In this document: positions 8,640 to 17,898 of the stretch, piece by piece
How positions within the stretch are numbered: the first letter of the stretch is position 1
Layout of the letters: each line of letters opens with the position of its first letter
Assembly: GCA_000997385.1 (NCBI GenBank)
Contig: LCBT01000001.1
Location: forward strand, 115,707-175,492
DNA length: 59,786 bases
Origin: Candidatus Daviesbacteria bacterium GW2011_GWA1_41_61
GTDB lineage: Bacteria; Patescibacteriota; Microgenomatia; Daviesbacterales; UBA10151
Direction: 5' to 3'
Notes under the pieces: model-generated
Told to the model about the DNA's origin: nothing
Database searches by the model: none
Seen by the model: only the letters and a program-made list of their open reading frames with translations
Translations under genes and position numbers: made by a program

Positions 8640-10127
8640 ATGAAGTTTTTGATAGCAATTTTTTTATTAGGGATAGCCTTAAGGTTTTTATATTTTCCTG
8701 ATAATGTTTATTTTGCCTATGATCAAGCCCGTGATTCCTATACTGCTTTAGAAATTTTAAAGGGAGATTTAAAATTAATTGGTCCACCCTCTTTTGCCAG
8801 TGATAAGCTCTTCCCTGGTCCCTTAATTTTTTATATTTATGCCCCTATTTATTGGCTGTTTGATAAAAATCCAGAAGCTATTTCAGCTTTTTTGCGTTTT
8901 TTTAACTCTTTGGGGATACTTTTAACCTTTGCCCTGGGAACGATTATATTTAACAAAAGAGTTGGTATACTGGCAGCTTTGCTTTTTGCCTTCTCATATG
9001 AACAAAGCCAATATGCCCTTTTTATCTCCCACCAACCACAAGCTGTGATTACTGTCTTACTTTTTTATCTGGGCTTAAGTTGGTTTATTTTTAAAAGTAA
9101 TCCCAAAGGATTGATATTGGCAGCCTTGGGCTGGGGGTTATCCATTCAGTTTCATTATGGTTATATCCTTTTAGGGATTCCTCTTCTCTCAACTATTTTA
9201 ATTTTTAGAAAAACACTTCCCAAACCTCAACTTAAATTTTTACTTTTAGCTGTAATCTCTTTAATTTTCACTTTATCCACCTTTATCATCACCGAAGCCA
9301 AGTATCATTTCTTTTCCTCCTATATTCAAAATTCCTCTTCCTCTTTTCATCTCTATCCCAAAGAAACCCTCTTTATCATTAACCGCTTTTTGCATGATAT
9401 TTTTATCGCCAATTACCGTCTCACTCCCTTTATAGCTGCAGTGACCATCATTATCTACACCTTAATCATGATCTTTAAAAAAGCTCTCCGCCAAAAGTTA
9501 CTATTTTTAACTATCTGGTTTTTAGGAGGGCTTACTCCCTATTTAATCTCCGGAGTTCCCAGTTACTATTATTCTGCTGCAGCTTCAGTTAGTTTACTAA
9601 TAGCTATTGCTTATCTAATAAGTCAACTCCTTCCCAAATACCAACTACTAAGTCTAGCCTTATTACTGATCATTATTGCTAACAACTTAAACCAAATTAT
9701 GACTATTAATAAAACTGGGGTCAACTCCGATATGGTTATCCAACCGGGGATGCTAATCTCAGATCAAAAAAAGGTCCTTGATTATATTTATTCTCAGGCT
9801 TCAGGACAACCATTTTCCATCAATACTCTAACTATTCCTTTAAATGTTAACACTACCTGGAGTTACCTTTTCCAGTGGTATGGAAAAGGGCAGTATGGCT
9901 ATATCCCAAACTTTGGAGGCGAAGCAGCAGAAGGATACTTGGGGAACTTTCAGGTAATCAAAGCCCGCTCTAATCTTCCAACTTTACAGTTTTTGATTAT
10001 TGAACCCACTTTAGGGATCAGGGAGGCATATCGAGATAACTTTTTTAGGGAAGAAAGTTACTTCACCAAAGTGACAGAAGAAAAAAAGTTCGGCTATTTG
10101 ACTGTCCAAAAACGTCAGAAATATTAA
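8640..10127 (+). CDS. PMT_2/ArnT-like GT-C membrane glycosyltransferase, inverted paralogue of 4863..6392
   Basis: 495-aa ORF. Motifs FAYDQARDSY, GPPSF...PGPLIFYIYAPIYW, FNKRVGILAALLFAFSYEQSQYAL and NTTWSYLFQWYGKGQYGY. Confidence 0.75.
   Translation: MKFLIAIFLLGIALRFLYFPDNVYFAYDQARDSYTALEILKGDLKLIGPPSFASDKLFPGPLIFYIYAPIYWLFDKNPEAISAFLRFFNSLGILLTFALGTIIFNKRVGILAALLFAFSYEQSQYALFISHQPQAVITVLLFYLGLSWFIFKSNPKGLILAALGWGLSIQFHYGYILLGIPLLSTILIFRKTLPKPQLKFLLLAVISLIFTLSTFIITEAKYHFFSSYIQNSSSSFHLYPKETLFIINRFLHDIFIANYRLTPFIAAVTIIIYTLIMIFKKALRQKLLFLTIWFLGGLTPYLISGVPSYYYSAAASVSLLIAIAYLISQLLPKYQLLSLALLLIIIANNLNQIMTINKTGVNSDMVIQPGMLISDQKKVLDYIYSQASGQPFSINTLTIPLNVNTTWSYLFQWYGKGQYGYIPNFGGEAAEGYLGNFQVIKARSNLPTLQFLIIEPTLGIREAYRDNFFREESYFTKVTEEKKFGYLTVQKRQKY
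9849..9900. repeat. Right arm of the 52-nt inverted repeat, 48/52 identical to the reverse complement of 5090..5141
   Basis: See 5090..5141. Identity extends to synonymous codon positions, unlike the neighbouring conserved protein blocks. Confidence 0.85.
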
Positions 10128-10133
10128 AAATCT

Positions 10134-11348
10134 ATGTCTTCTAAAAAAATATTAACTTACCTTATCCTGCTCCTTATATCTTCACGGTTATTTTTTTTCG
10201 TTGCAGCACTCCTCGCCCCCGTTTTTGTTTCCCTGCGCCAAGGTTATCTGGGAGATCAATTAAATCCTCAGGATCCTTACCTTTTTTGGGTTTGGGCTAA
10301 TTTTGATGGTTACCACTATTTAAATATTGCCATCTCTGGTTACCAACAACTGTTAAGTGTTCAAAAATTTGAATTTGCCTTCTTTCCCCTCTATCCAGCC
10401 ACCATCACTATCTTACATAACTTAACCCAAATACCTTATCTGTACCTGGGTATTGTTGTCTCTTCAGTTTCCTTATTTTTAGCCATGGTGATGATTTATA
10501 AAATTATCCGGTTGGATTTCAATCATAAAATCGCCCTGACATCTTTGGCTTTTCTTTCCTTCTTTCCCCTCTCATTTTTTTACCACTCTGTCTATACCGA
10601 TTCCCTTTTTTTACTGCTGACAACTTCAAGCTTTTATTTTGCCCGGAAAGGTAACTGGACGGCCTCGGGCTTATTTGGTGCCTTATCAACTTTTGACCGT
10701 CTTAGCGGCCTGGCACTTATTCCTGCCCTAGTCTTAGAATGGTACATTCAGAATAAAGCAAAGCTTTTTTCCTTCGAAAATAAAGCAGGCTTTTTGCTGC
10801 GCAATAAAAAGCTGTTTAAACAAAAGCAGCAATTGATTATTTCTTTCCTCAAAAAGGGAATGACCGCTTTACTGTTAACTCTTGCCGGTTTTCTAATCTA
10901 TGCCTACTACTTACAAATTCACTTTGGAAACTGGTTACTCTTTCAAAAATCAATGAAGGCCTGGAATCAAGACAGTTTTGTTTTCCCTCTCCAAGTACTC
11001 TTCCGCTATTTAAAAATACTCTTTTCAGTCAGCCCGGCTCTTTTTGAATATTGGATTGCTGTGTTAGAGTTTATCTCTTTTTTGCTTTATATGGCGCTAA
11101 CCTTTTATGTCTTAAAGAAAATCCGTCCTTCATACGGAATTTTTATGTTTGTCCTGCTTTTACTTGTCACCTTTACCGGTACTCTAAGCGGGGGGCCCCG
11201 ATATATTCTTCACCTATTTCCGGCATTTCTTGCTTTAGCCATCTTGGTTTCTAAAAACAGGGCTTTAAAAATAGCCATTATTGTATTATTCTTAATACTT
11301 GGTTTCATACTTTCGACCCTTTTTACCAGAGGGTACTACATTTCTTAA
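10134..11348 (+). CDS. PIG-V-like (GT76-type) mannosyltransferase-family membrane protein
   Basis: 404-aa polytopic ORF. The motif WANFDGYHYLNIAISGYQQ...FAFFPLYP matches the WD..Y..IA..GY...aFFPLYP signature of PIG-V-like proteins. Confidence 0.55.
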   Translation: MSSKKILTYLILLLISSRLFFFVAALLAPVFVSLRQGYLGDQLNPQDPYLFWVWANFDGYHYLNIAISGYQQLLSVQKFEFAFFPLYPATITILHNLTQIPYLYLGIVVSSVSLFLAMVMIYKIIRLDFNHKIALTSLAFLSFFPLSFFYHSVYTDSLFLLLTTSSFYFARKGNWTASGLFGALSTFDRLSGLALIPALVLEWYIQNKAKLFSFENKAGFLLRNKKLFKQKQQLIISFLKKGMTALLLTLAGFLIYAYYLQIHFGNWLLFQKSMKAWNQDSFVFPLQVLFRYLKILFSVSPALFEYWIAVLEFISFLLYMALTFYVLKKIRPSYGIFMFVLLLLVTFTGTLSGGPRYILHLFPAFLALAILVSKNRALKIAIIVLFLILGFILSTLFTRGYYIS

Positions 11349-11353
11349 AAACG

Positions 11354-11953
11354 ATGAACTCATTTATCTCCCAACTCTGGTTAAAGATGTCTTTTACTTT
11401 TAATCCGGTCCAGAGATTGTTTAATGGTAATTTTTGGCAAATTTTCCAGTCAAGATTTCAAAACTTTGGAAAAGTCTCAGTCGTAGATCTGGCTTGTGGA
11501 ACCGGAGAACTTCGCAAATATATTAATCCCCAAAAATATCTGGGAGTAGATATTAATAAGAATCATATAAGCTATGCTAAAGGGCGTTTTCAAAATTATA
11601 GAAATACCCAATTTTTAAATGAAGATATCACCAGACTGAGTATTCCTACCCAATATAAAGCGGCCTTTTTTATTAGCGCTGTTCATCATTTATCTGATCA
11701 ACAACTAAACGATGTATTTGAAGTGGTTAAAAATAGCCATCTTCAACATCTTATAATCATTGATGGTGTCCCTCAGGGAATATTCTCCGGATTGTTAAAA
11801 TGGCTTGATAAAATATTGGCCGGAGGAGAATATTTCCGCGACGAAAATCAATTAGTTAAAATATTAAACAAGTATGTCACCATTGAAGAGTATGGCACTT
11901 TCTCAGCTAAATTTTCTTTATATGCTTACCCCTATGCCATAGTCAAACCTTAG
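11354..11953 (+). CDS. Class I SAM-dependent methyltransferase
   Basis: 199-aa ORF with motif I VVDLACGTGEL and later AAFFISAVHHL. Its 3' end overlaps the convergent 11943..12704 by 11 nt. Confidence 0.7.
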   Translation: MNSFISQLWLKMSFTFNPVQRLFNGNFWQIFQSRFQNFGKVSVVDLACGTGELRKYINPQKYLGVDINKNHISYAKGRFQNYRNTQFLNEDITRLSIPTQYKAAFFISAVHHLSDQQLNDVFEVVKNSHLQHLIIIDGVPQGIFSGLLKWLDKILAGGEYFRDENQLVKILNKYVTIEEYGTFSAKFSLYAYPYAIVKP

Positions 11954-12704
11954 GTTTCTCAGCTACAGCAATCACTGACACCCCAAACGGTAAATTAACA
12001 AAATTAAGTAACATTCTTTCCAATATTAAAACTAAAATTAAAATTCTATTTAACAGCCTTGGTATGTAAAAAATATCAGAGCCTTCGGATAAAGCAGAAG
12101 GAAGGTAGTTTTCTAATTTGCGTTTAAGGAAAACAACCGGCAGCAAAAACATATTACTATAAGTAATTTTTTTTATCTGAAATCCTGTTGCTGTTAATTT
12201 ACTGCTTAACTGTTTTCTATCATATCTTCTTTGGGTTTGTACCAATCGATCATGTTTGCCACCAAGCCAATCAAACGCCGGAACCTTAATAACTAAAATC
12301 CCTCCTGGTTTTAACAATCTGTAAAATTGTTGTAAAGCTTTTAAATCATCTCCTACTTGCTGGTGGTATAGAACATCAATACAAACAATCGCCCCAAAAC
12401 TTTGGTCTTTAAAAGGCATCTTTTCTATTGATGATTGATAGATTTCTTTTAAACCTCTTTTCTTAGATAACTGCACCGCCTGGCTACTAATGTCAACACC
12501 TCTAACTAAACCTAACTTTTTCATTTTAAATAACAACAATCCAGTACCACATCCAGCATCTAATATTGTCATTCTTTGCAAATCAGTTTTGCCATTTTTA
12601 AATAAATAGCCTTTTAAAAGATTTAAAACGAGATCGTGAGTTCCAACATAAAAAAAATGAGACTCTTCTTGATTAAAAATGTTTTGATATTCGGAAATTT
12701 CCAT
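11943..12704 (-). CDS. Class I SAM-dependent methyltransferase with a hydrophobic C-terminal segment
   Basis: 253-aa ORF. Motifs ILDAGCGTGLL, FGAIVCIDVLYH and LKPGGILVIKVP. The C-terminal RILILVLILERMLLNFVNLPFGVSVIAV is hydrophobic. Confidence 0.8.
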   Translation of the reverse strand: MEISEYQNIFNQEESHFFYVGTHDLVLNLLKGYLFKNGKTDLQRMTILDAGCGTGLLLFKMKKLGLVRGVDISSQAVQLSKKRGLKEIYQSSIEKMPFKDQSFGAIVCIDVLYHQQVGDDLKALQQFYRLLKPGGILVIKVPAFDWLGGKHDRLVQTQRRYDRKQLSSKLTATGFQIKKITYSNMFLLPVVFLKRKLENYLPSALSEGSDIFYIPRLLNRILILVLILERMLLNFVNLPFGVSVIAVAEKPKV

Positions 12705-12716
12705 GTAAAAAATAAT

Positions 12717-13454
12717 TTAAAATCTGTTAATTTTTTCTATAATCATTAACCTAATCCATAAGCTGATAAGCTCTCGAAAAGTTGCCAGCAAACGGTTAAA
12801 ATGGAAAAATTGTGATTGTCCCCACTGCCTCTTATAATGATGCACTGAGACTTGACGGAATTTTGCCCCTGATCTTTGGGCCTTTTTGACCAACTCTATA
12901 CAAATCGCCCCGCTGTTATTTTTTAAAGCTATTTTTTGAACAACTGACTTTCTGATCAACCTAAAATCACAATCGACATCATAAACCGGCAGCCAAAACA
13001 TCCAACGGGCAATAAGGCTGTAAATATTACCTAATAGAATTCTATAGTTTGGATCTTGGCGGGACATCTTTATGCCGTTTATGAAATTAACATCATCAGT
13101 TAAAAGGCTCAATAAAATTGGCAATTCTTTGACATCATACTGGCCATCCCCATCAGTATAAAAAATCAACTCTTTAGTTGCAGCCTTAAAACCGCTTCTT
13201 AGAGCGCCTCCGTAACCCTTATTTTTCTTATGAAAAACTAGTTTAAGTTGGAAATATTTTTGGCTATATTTTTTTAAAATCTCCCGGCTGCTATCTTTGG
13301 ACCCGTCATCAATCACAATCACTTCAAAATCAGTAGTTAGTTTTTTTAAAGTTTTGACAGTATTATCCACTACCATACCAATACTTCCCTGATCGTTGTA
13401 ACAGGGGAAAAAGACTGAAATACCTAAATTTTTTGTTTTCTTGTAATTACTCAT
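12717..13454 (-). CDS. GT2 polyprenyl-phosphate glycosyltransferase (Dpm1/GtrB/ArnC-like)
   Basis: Motifs ISVFFPCYNDQ, EVIVIDDGSKDSS, NKGYGGALRSG and FYTDGDGQYD. The track start at 13457 is TTG. The adjacent ATG at 13454 is preferred. Confidence 0.8.
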   Translation of the reverse strand: MSNYKKTKNLGISVFFPCYNDQGSIGMVVDNTVKTLKKLTTDFEVIVIDDGSKDSSREILKKYSQKYFQLKLVFHKKNKGYGGALRSGFKAATKELIFYTDGDGQYDVKELPILLSLLTDDVNFINGIKMSRQDPNYRILLGNIYSLIARWMFWLPVYDVDCDFRLIRKSVVQKIALKNNSGAICIELVKKAQRSGAKFRQVSVHHYKRQWGQSQFFHFNRLLATFRELISLWIRLMIIEKINRF

Positions 13455-13462
13455 CAACTGGA

Positions 13463-13491
13463 TTTATATTATACTCAAAATACCCTAAAAT
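13463..13491 (+). promoter_or_regulatory. Candidate promoter TTTATA-17-TAAAAT, 9 nt before ATG 13501
   Basis: Hexamers lie at 13463-13468 and 13486-13491, counted by hand. The -35 touches the minus-strand TATAAT at 13468-13473. Confidence 0.35.
13468..13473 (-). promoter_or_regulatory. Candidate -10 (perfect TATAAT on the minus strand), 13 nt before ATG 13454
   Basis: The plus strand reads attata at 13468-13473. Confidence 0.3.
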
Positions 13492-13500
13492 TAAATCAAC

Positions 13501-15450
13501 ATGACTAAATCCCAATTTTTGATTGCCCCTTATCTTCTATTGTTAACGATTTTATTTTATCTACCCCTCATTGTAAAACCTAACTTACTTCTTAACAGAG
13601 GTAACGACTTACAACAGTATTTCTGGCCTCTCTTTTACTATACCCAGCAGAATATTTTAATAAATCATAGTTTGCCTTTGTGGAATAATTTATTCCTTTC
13701 CGGAACACCTCTTCTACCTGATCCTCAATCCTTTTTATTCTATCTGCCCAATTTACTTTTCTTACTGACACCTATAGACCCCGGAATTTTACTGTCTTTA
13801 CTACTTCATACTTTTATCGGTGGTTTAGGAATTTATTTGGCTGGGAGGCAGGCATTTAATTTTTCTAAAATTGCCAGTATTTTTATGGCTTCTCTTTATA
13901 TCCTTGCTCCACGGTTGGCTGGTTACCTTGAGGCTGGACATTTTGGCTTAGTCGTCTCCCTAGCTTGGCTGCCTTTTATCTTACTCTCAACTATAAAGAT
14001 TGCTAAAAAACCAACCATTTTCTGGAGTATAGTTTTAGCCCTAACCTTATCCCAAGTCTACTATACCCACACTATTACTTTTATAGTAGCCAGCATCTCC
14101 TCCCTGGGGATTTTTTTATCTACCATATTTTCAAACCACTTTAAAAAATGGCCAGCAGCTCTCACCTTCTTTATTTTAGGAGGGATACTTACTTTTGGCT
14201 TAATGGCTATAACTTTTTTGCCTCAACTAGAATGGACCCCTGGGACTACCCGCTCCTTACTTTTAACCTCCCCTCAAACATATCCGGAATGGTCCTCCCT
14301 AAAAGAAATTTTGCAGATTATATTTTATCCAGCCAGTTTAATAAATGGTGCTTTTGACTCTATTGATACCGAGAAATGGCTCAGTGTTGGGCTGATCCCT
14401 TTGATATTAGCAGCTCTTGGTTTTTTGAAGATCAACAGGAGGTTACAAATTATTCTGGCAATAACAACCTTAGCAGTAACTTTACTGGCCCTTAATAATC
14501 TTTCTCCACTCTATCCCTTATTGCTTTCCCAAGATTGGTATAAAATGGTTAGGGTTTCCACTAGGTTTTGGATAGTAGCTGTTTTCATAGTTATTTTTTT
14601 AACTGGCTTTGCTGTCGATCAACTGTTTAAACAAAAATCATATCACAAACTACTCATCATAGTTATGACTTTAGCATTAATTGAATCTCTAACTTTGTCC
14701 TGGGCATACTTATTTAAACCACTTCCTCCCCAAAAACAATTGGTCACCCCTAAGGTTTTACAATTCCTTAAAGCTGACAGTGAAAAATTTCGAGTTTTTT
14801 GTATCAACCGATGTATTACCCAAAAAGACGCTGCTTTAAATAACCTGGAACTCATTGAAGGGTACAGCACATTGCAACAACTCAATTACTTCAAACAATC
14901 CTGGCAACTCACTGGAGGCTACTGGGATTATTATACTTTAGCCATTCCTCCCATCGGCCTTGAAAGTTTACAAAAACTCCAACCAGATGCTATCTCCCTA
15001 GGAAAATTTAACACCAAGTACATAATCTCTCCCTATCAACTAACAAATAAAAATTTCCTACTACAAAAAAAAATTAATGAATTTTTTATCTACCAAAACC
15101 TCTTGTTTTTACCCCGCGCATACTTTAGAGCATCAAAGGAGGATATCGACATTAAAGCTCCGGTTATTTTCTTTTCACCTAATCATATTAGAATAGACAC
15201 TTCTAAAAATATTTCCAATCAATTAATTTTAGCTGAGGTTTATTCTGTAGGATGGAAGGCCTATCTAAATGGTCAAGAAGAGGTCAAGGTCGAACAAACT
15301 CCCGTTGCTTTAAGACAGGTTACTATCAAACCTGATACTACCTTCGTTGATTTTAAATACCAATCAGAGAGTTTCAAAATTGGCAGCATCATCACTTCCA
15401 TAACAGTCTTATCGATGGGTATGATTCTTTTGAAAAAAGTCAGGTCGTAA
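13501..15450 (+). CDS. YfhO-family GT-C membrane glycosyltransferase
   Basis: 649-aa polytopic ORF. The loop LPLWNNLFLSGTPLLPDPQSFLFYLPN matches the YfhO-type WNP..f.G.P...pQS..fyP motif. C-terminal GWKAYLNGQEEVKV is followed by a terminal TM anchor. Confidence 0.6.
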   Translation: MTKSQFLIAPYLLLLTILFYLPLIVKPNLLLNRGNDLQQYFWPLFYYTQQNILINHSLPLWNNLFLSGTPLLPDPQSFLFYLPNLLFLLTPIDPGILLSLLLHTFIGGLGIYLAGRQAFNFSKIASIFMASLYILAPRLAGYLEAGHFGLVVSLAWLPFILLSTIKIAKKPTIFWSIVLALTLSQVYYTHTITFIVASISSLGIFLSTIFSNHFKKWPAALTFFILGGILTFGLMAITFLPQLEWTPGTTRSLLLTSPQTYPEWSSLKEILQIIFYPASLINGAFDSIDTEKWLSVGLIPLILAALGFLKINRRLQIILAITTLAVTLLALNNLSPLYPLLLSQDWYKMVRVSTRFWIVAVFIVIFLTGFAVDQLFKQKSYHKLLIIVMTLALIESLTLSWAYLFKPLPPQKQLVTPKVLQFLKADSEKFRVFCINRCITQKDAALNNLELIEGYSTLQQLNYFKQSWQLTGGYWDYYTLAIPPIGLESLQKLQPDAISLGKFNTKYIISPYQLTNKNFLLQKKINEFFIYQNLLFLPRAYFRASKEDIDIKAPVIFFSPNHIRIDTSKNISNQLILAEVYSVGWKAYLNGQEEVKVEQTPVALRQVTIKPDTTFVDFKYQSESFKIGSIITSITVLSMGMILLKKVRS

Positions 15451-17898
15451 GGCTATCACTAAAAACAGTAGTAACAATGTTGTCCCGCTAATAAATAAGC
15501 CTATTTGAAAAGACCCAGGATTATAGAATAATTTCACAGTGTGTTTACCAGACGGAACTGCCACTGCTTGAAACACTCCATTAGCTTGATAAACTTTAGT
15601 CTTTTCTCCATCAATGTAAGCTTGCCACCCATCATCATAAGTTTCAGCTATAAATAGTATTTGAGGTTCTGGGGTAAATACCGACCACTCTACAGACCGA
15701 TACCCTCTTTGTAGCAGATTGACACTTCCTTTATTGTCTGGGCTAATACTAACTAAAGGTTTTTCATAAAGAAAAACACTTTTACTAAAATCTGTTGTTG
15801 GATCAAACATTGCCGAGAGTTGTTGTTTCTCATCAGTAATTTGAAAATTATCAACTAAAAATCCATATGGTAAAACACCAGGGTTTTCATAGATAAAAGC
15901 AGAACCGATTTTACCTATAAAATTAAAGTCTGTTTTTGCCAAAGGTGACAGACTTAAAAAAAAGCGAATATTAAGCATACTGGCAAGGTTGGTATTTAGA
16001 TTACTAAATCTAATGGACCGTGGATCAAGAAGATAGGTTTGGGGAATGTTTTTAAAGATAGCCTCCACAAACTGCGCGGAGTTTTGTAAATGGAGAGCAT
16101 CGTAAGAGGTAATAGTATAAAGATGATACGGCAGAAAAGAGTTAGGGATTAAAAGCCATAAATCAAGACTTAAAAAACGGCTTTCAGAGTGTTTAATTAA
16201 AAAATCAGTCAGCTCAGTTTGAGGATATAGCTGTTGGGAAGAAGTAAATAACCTGGTAAAAAATTTGTTTTCTTTTAAAAGATCAGTAGTTTGCAAAGAG
16301 AAAAGGAGCCCAAGTATTAAAAAAGTGGGGAGGATCTTCTTAAAATAAATAACAACTAACGATGAAAATAATAAACATAAAACCATCAAATAAAAAAATG
16401 ATTGTTTGATTATCTGCTGAATGTTTTGGGCAGTAGGAAAGTTAAACAAGGCGCAAAGAGCACTTATTAAAGCTATAATTAATAGGGAAATTAAAGCTAT
16501 TAGCGTTATCTTCCCCACCTTGTGCTTAGCTAGGATAAATTTTTCTATGCCTAAAGCACTTAAGATGGATAGAGGGAACACCACCATTCCTAAACTGCGT
16601 GAGGGGGTCACTGAATTTAGAAGAGGTATGGGTAAATCATAGATAAATTTAGTTAAAGGAGATTCAACTGTAAATATTATAAAAAAGATTAACAAAAACA
16701 GCCAAAATTTAAATTCTTTGTTTTTTAAAACAAAGTAAATTCCAACTAGAGCAAATATAATTCCCAAAACACCTATATAGCTGTGATCCCGTTGTAACAT
16801 CCCTCCCCACCAATTCTCACTATTGGGATGGCCAAAAAAACGAGGCATCAAAAAACGGATTAGTTGCCCAGGTTGGGCTAAAAAGGAAAAAGTATCATAA
16901 AAAAACGCTGCTGATCTTTGGCTTTTATTTATAAACTCTAAGGTAGGAAGTATTTGTACTGAGGATAATCCTAAACTGACAATAAAAGCTAAGACCATGG
17001 TAAAAAATCTCGTCCGGCAACATATTAGACAAAAAATAAAAATTATCACTAAAGCATAGGCAGTAGTTTGAAGATAACCACTAAGGAATATTGACGTTAT
17101 GGAAAAAACTAATAACCAAAAATAGACTAATTTTTTTTCTCGGTTGATTTTTCTCAGAAGCAATATGGACAGGGGCAGCCAGATTAAAACATGACCGATA
17201 ACTTGAATATGCAGGTAATTGGCTAAATATCCATTCCAGGCATAAATCATCCCTCCCCATAGAGCAGAAAATTTAGTTAACTTGTAATCCCGCAAGAGGT
17301 AATAACAAAAAAGTCCGGTTAGCACCACCTGTAAAATTATGTTTATATTCCATGCTGTAACAAAATCAAACATCAAGTAAAAAACATTTAGAGGATCAAG
17401 CAGGGCTGATTGATTATTAGCCAGTAGCGGTGATCCTGCAAATGAGTAAGGATTCCATAAAGGCCACTCCCCTTTTTTCATCATCTCAATGCCAATCAGT
17501 TTCCAGGGGTAATGAGCAGTCATGGGATCAGAACCATAGAACTTCTCCGTACTCCAAGCAATGGCACTATTGTCCTGAGGTAAATCTTTCCCGGGATAAA
17601 ATTCATTGATAAAGGCTGCTCCCGGAAATAAGACATACCCTAAAAATACAGGATAAAAAAAGATTATTGGTAGTAATAGTAATATCAGTTGCGGATAAAA
17701 TTTACTAAGCAGCTGCCCTATAGATCTCCCTATGGTAGAAATAATATTAAACAATAGTACCTTTAGACTTATCGATATCCTAAGGAATTTTTGATATGAT
17801 AAACTCTCTCTCCAATCCAAAGATCGGAGTTTCGAGTTTTTGTCTAACGACAACAAAAAAAATCTGCGATGCGATATTTTAACTTTCTTTTGACCCAT
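15409..17898 (-). CDS. YfhO-family GT-C membrane glycosyltransferase
   Basis: 829-aa polytopic ORF. Motifs WPLWNPYSFAGSPLLANNQSALLDPLN and C-terminal GWQAYIDGEKTKVYQ, plus a terminal TM anchor. The 3' end overlaps 13501..15450 by 42 nt. The 5' end overlaps the divergent 17869..19299 by 30 nt. Confidence 0.6.
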   Translation of the reverse strand: MGQKKVKISHRRFFLLSLDKNSKLRSLDWRESLSYQKFLRISISLKVLLFNIISTIGRSIGQLLSKFYPQLILLLLPIIFFYPVFLGYVLFPGAAFINEFYPGKDLPQDNSAIAWSTEKFYGSDPMTAHYPWKLIGIEMMKKGEWPLWNPYSFAGSPLLANNQSALLDPLNVFYLMFDFVTAWNINIILQVVLTGLFCYYLLRDYKLTKFSALWGGMIYAWNGYLANYLHIQVIGHVLIWLPLSILLLRKINREKKLVYFWLLVFSITSIFLSGYLQTTAYALVIIFIFCLICCRTRFFTMVLAFIVSLGLSSVQILPTLEFINKSQRSAAFFYDTFSFLAQPGQLIRFLMPRFFGHPNSENWWGGMLQRDHSYIGVLGIIFALVGIYFVLKNKEFKFWLFLLIFFIIFTVESPLTKFIYDLPIPLLNSVTPSRSLGMVVFPLSILSALGIEKFILAKHKVGKITLIALISLLIIALISALCALFNFPTAQNIQQIIKQSFFYLMVLCLLFSSLVVIYFKKILPTFLILGLLFSLQTTDLLKENKFFTRLFTSSQQLYPQTELTDFLIKHSESRFLSLDLWLLIPNSFLPYHLYTITSYDALHLQNSAQFVEAIFKNIPQTYLLDPRSIRFSNLNTNLASMLNIRFFLSLSPLAKTDFNFIGKIGSAFIYENPGVLPYGFLVDNFQITDEKQQLSAMFDPTTDFSKSVFLYEKPLVSISPDNKGSVNLLQRGYRSVEWSVFTPEPQILFIAETYDDGWQAYIDGEKTKVYQANGVFQAVAVPSGKHTVKLFYNPGSFQIGLFISGTTLLLLFLVIALRPDFFQKNHTHR

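Noticed and set aside
8599-8787. A 62-aa minus-strand ORF spans the divergent gap and the 5' end of 8640..10127.
   Set aside because: It overlaps the well-supported start of the GT-C gene and the candidate promoter. Its sequence has no recognisable features.
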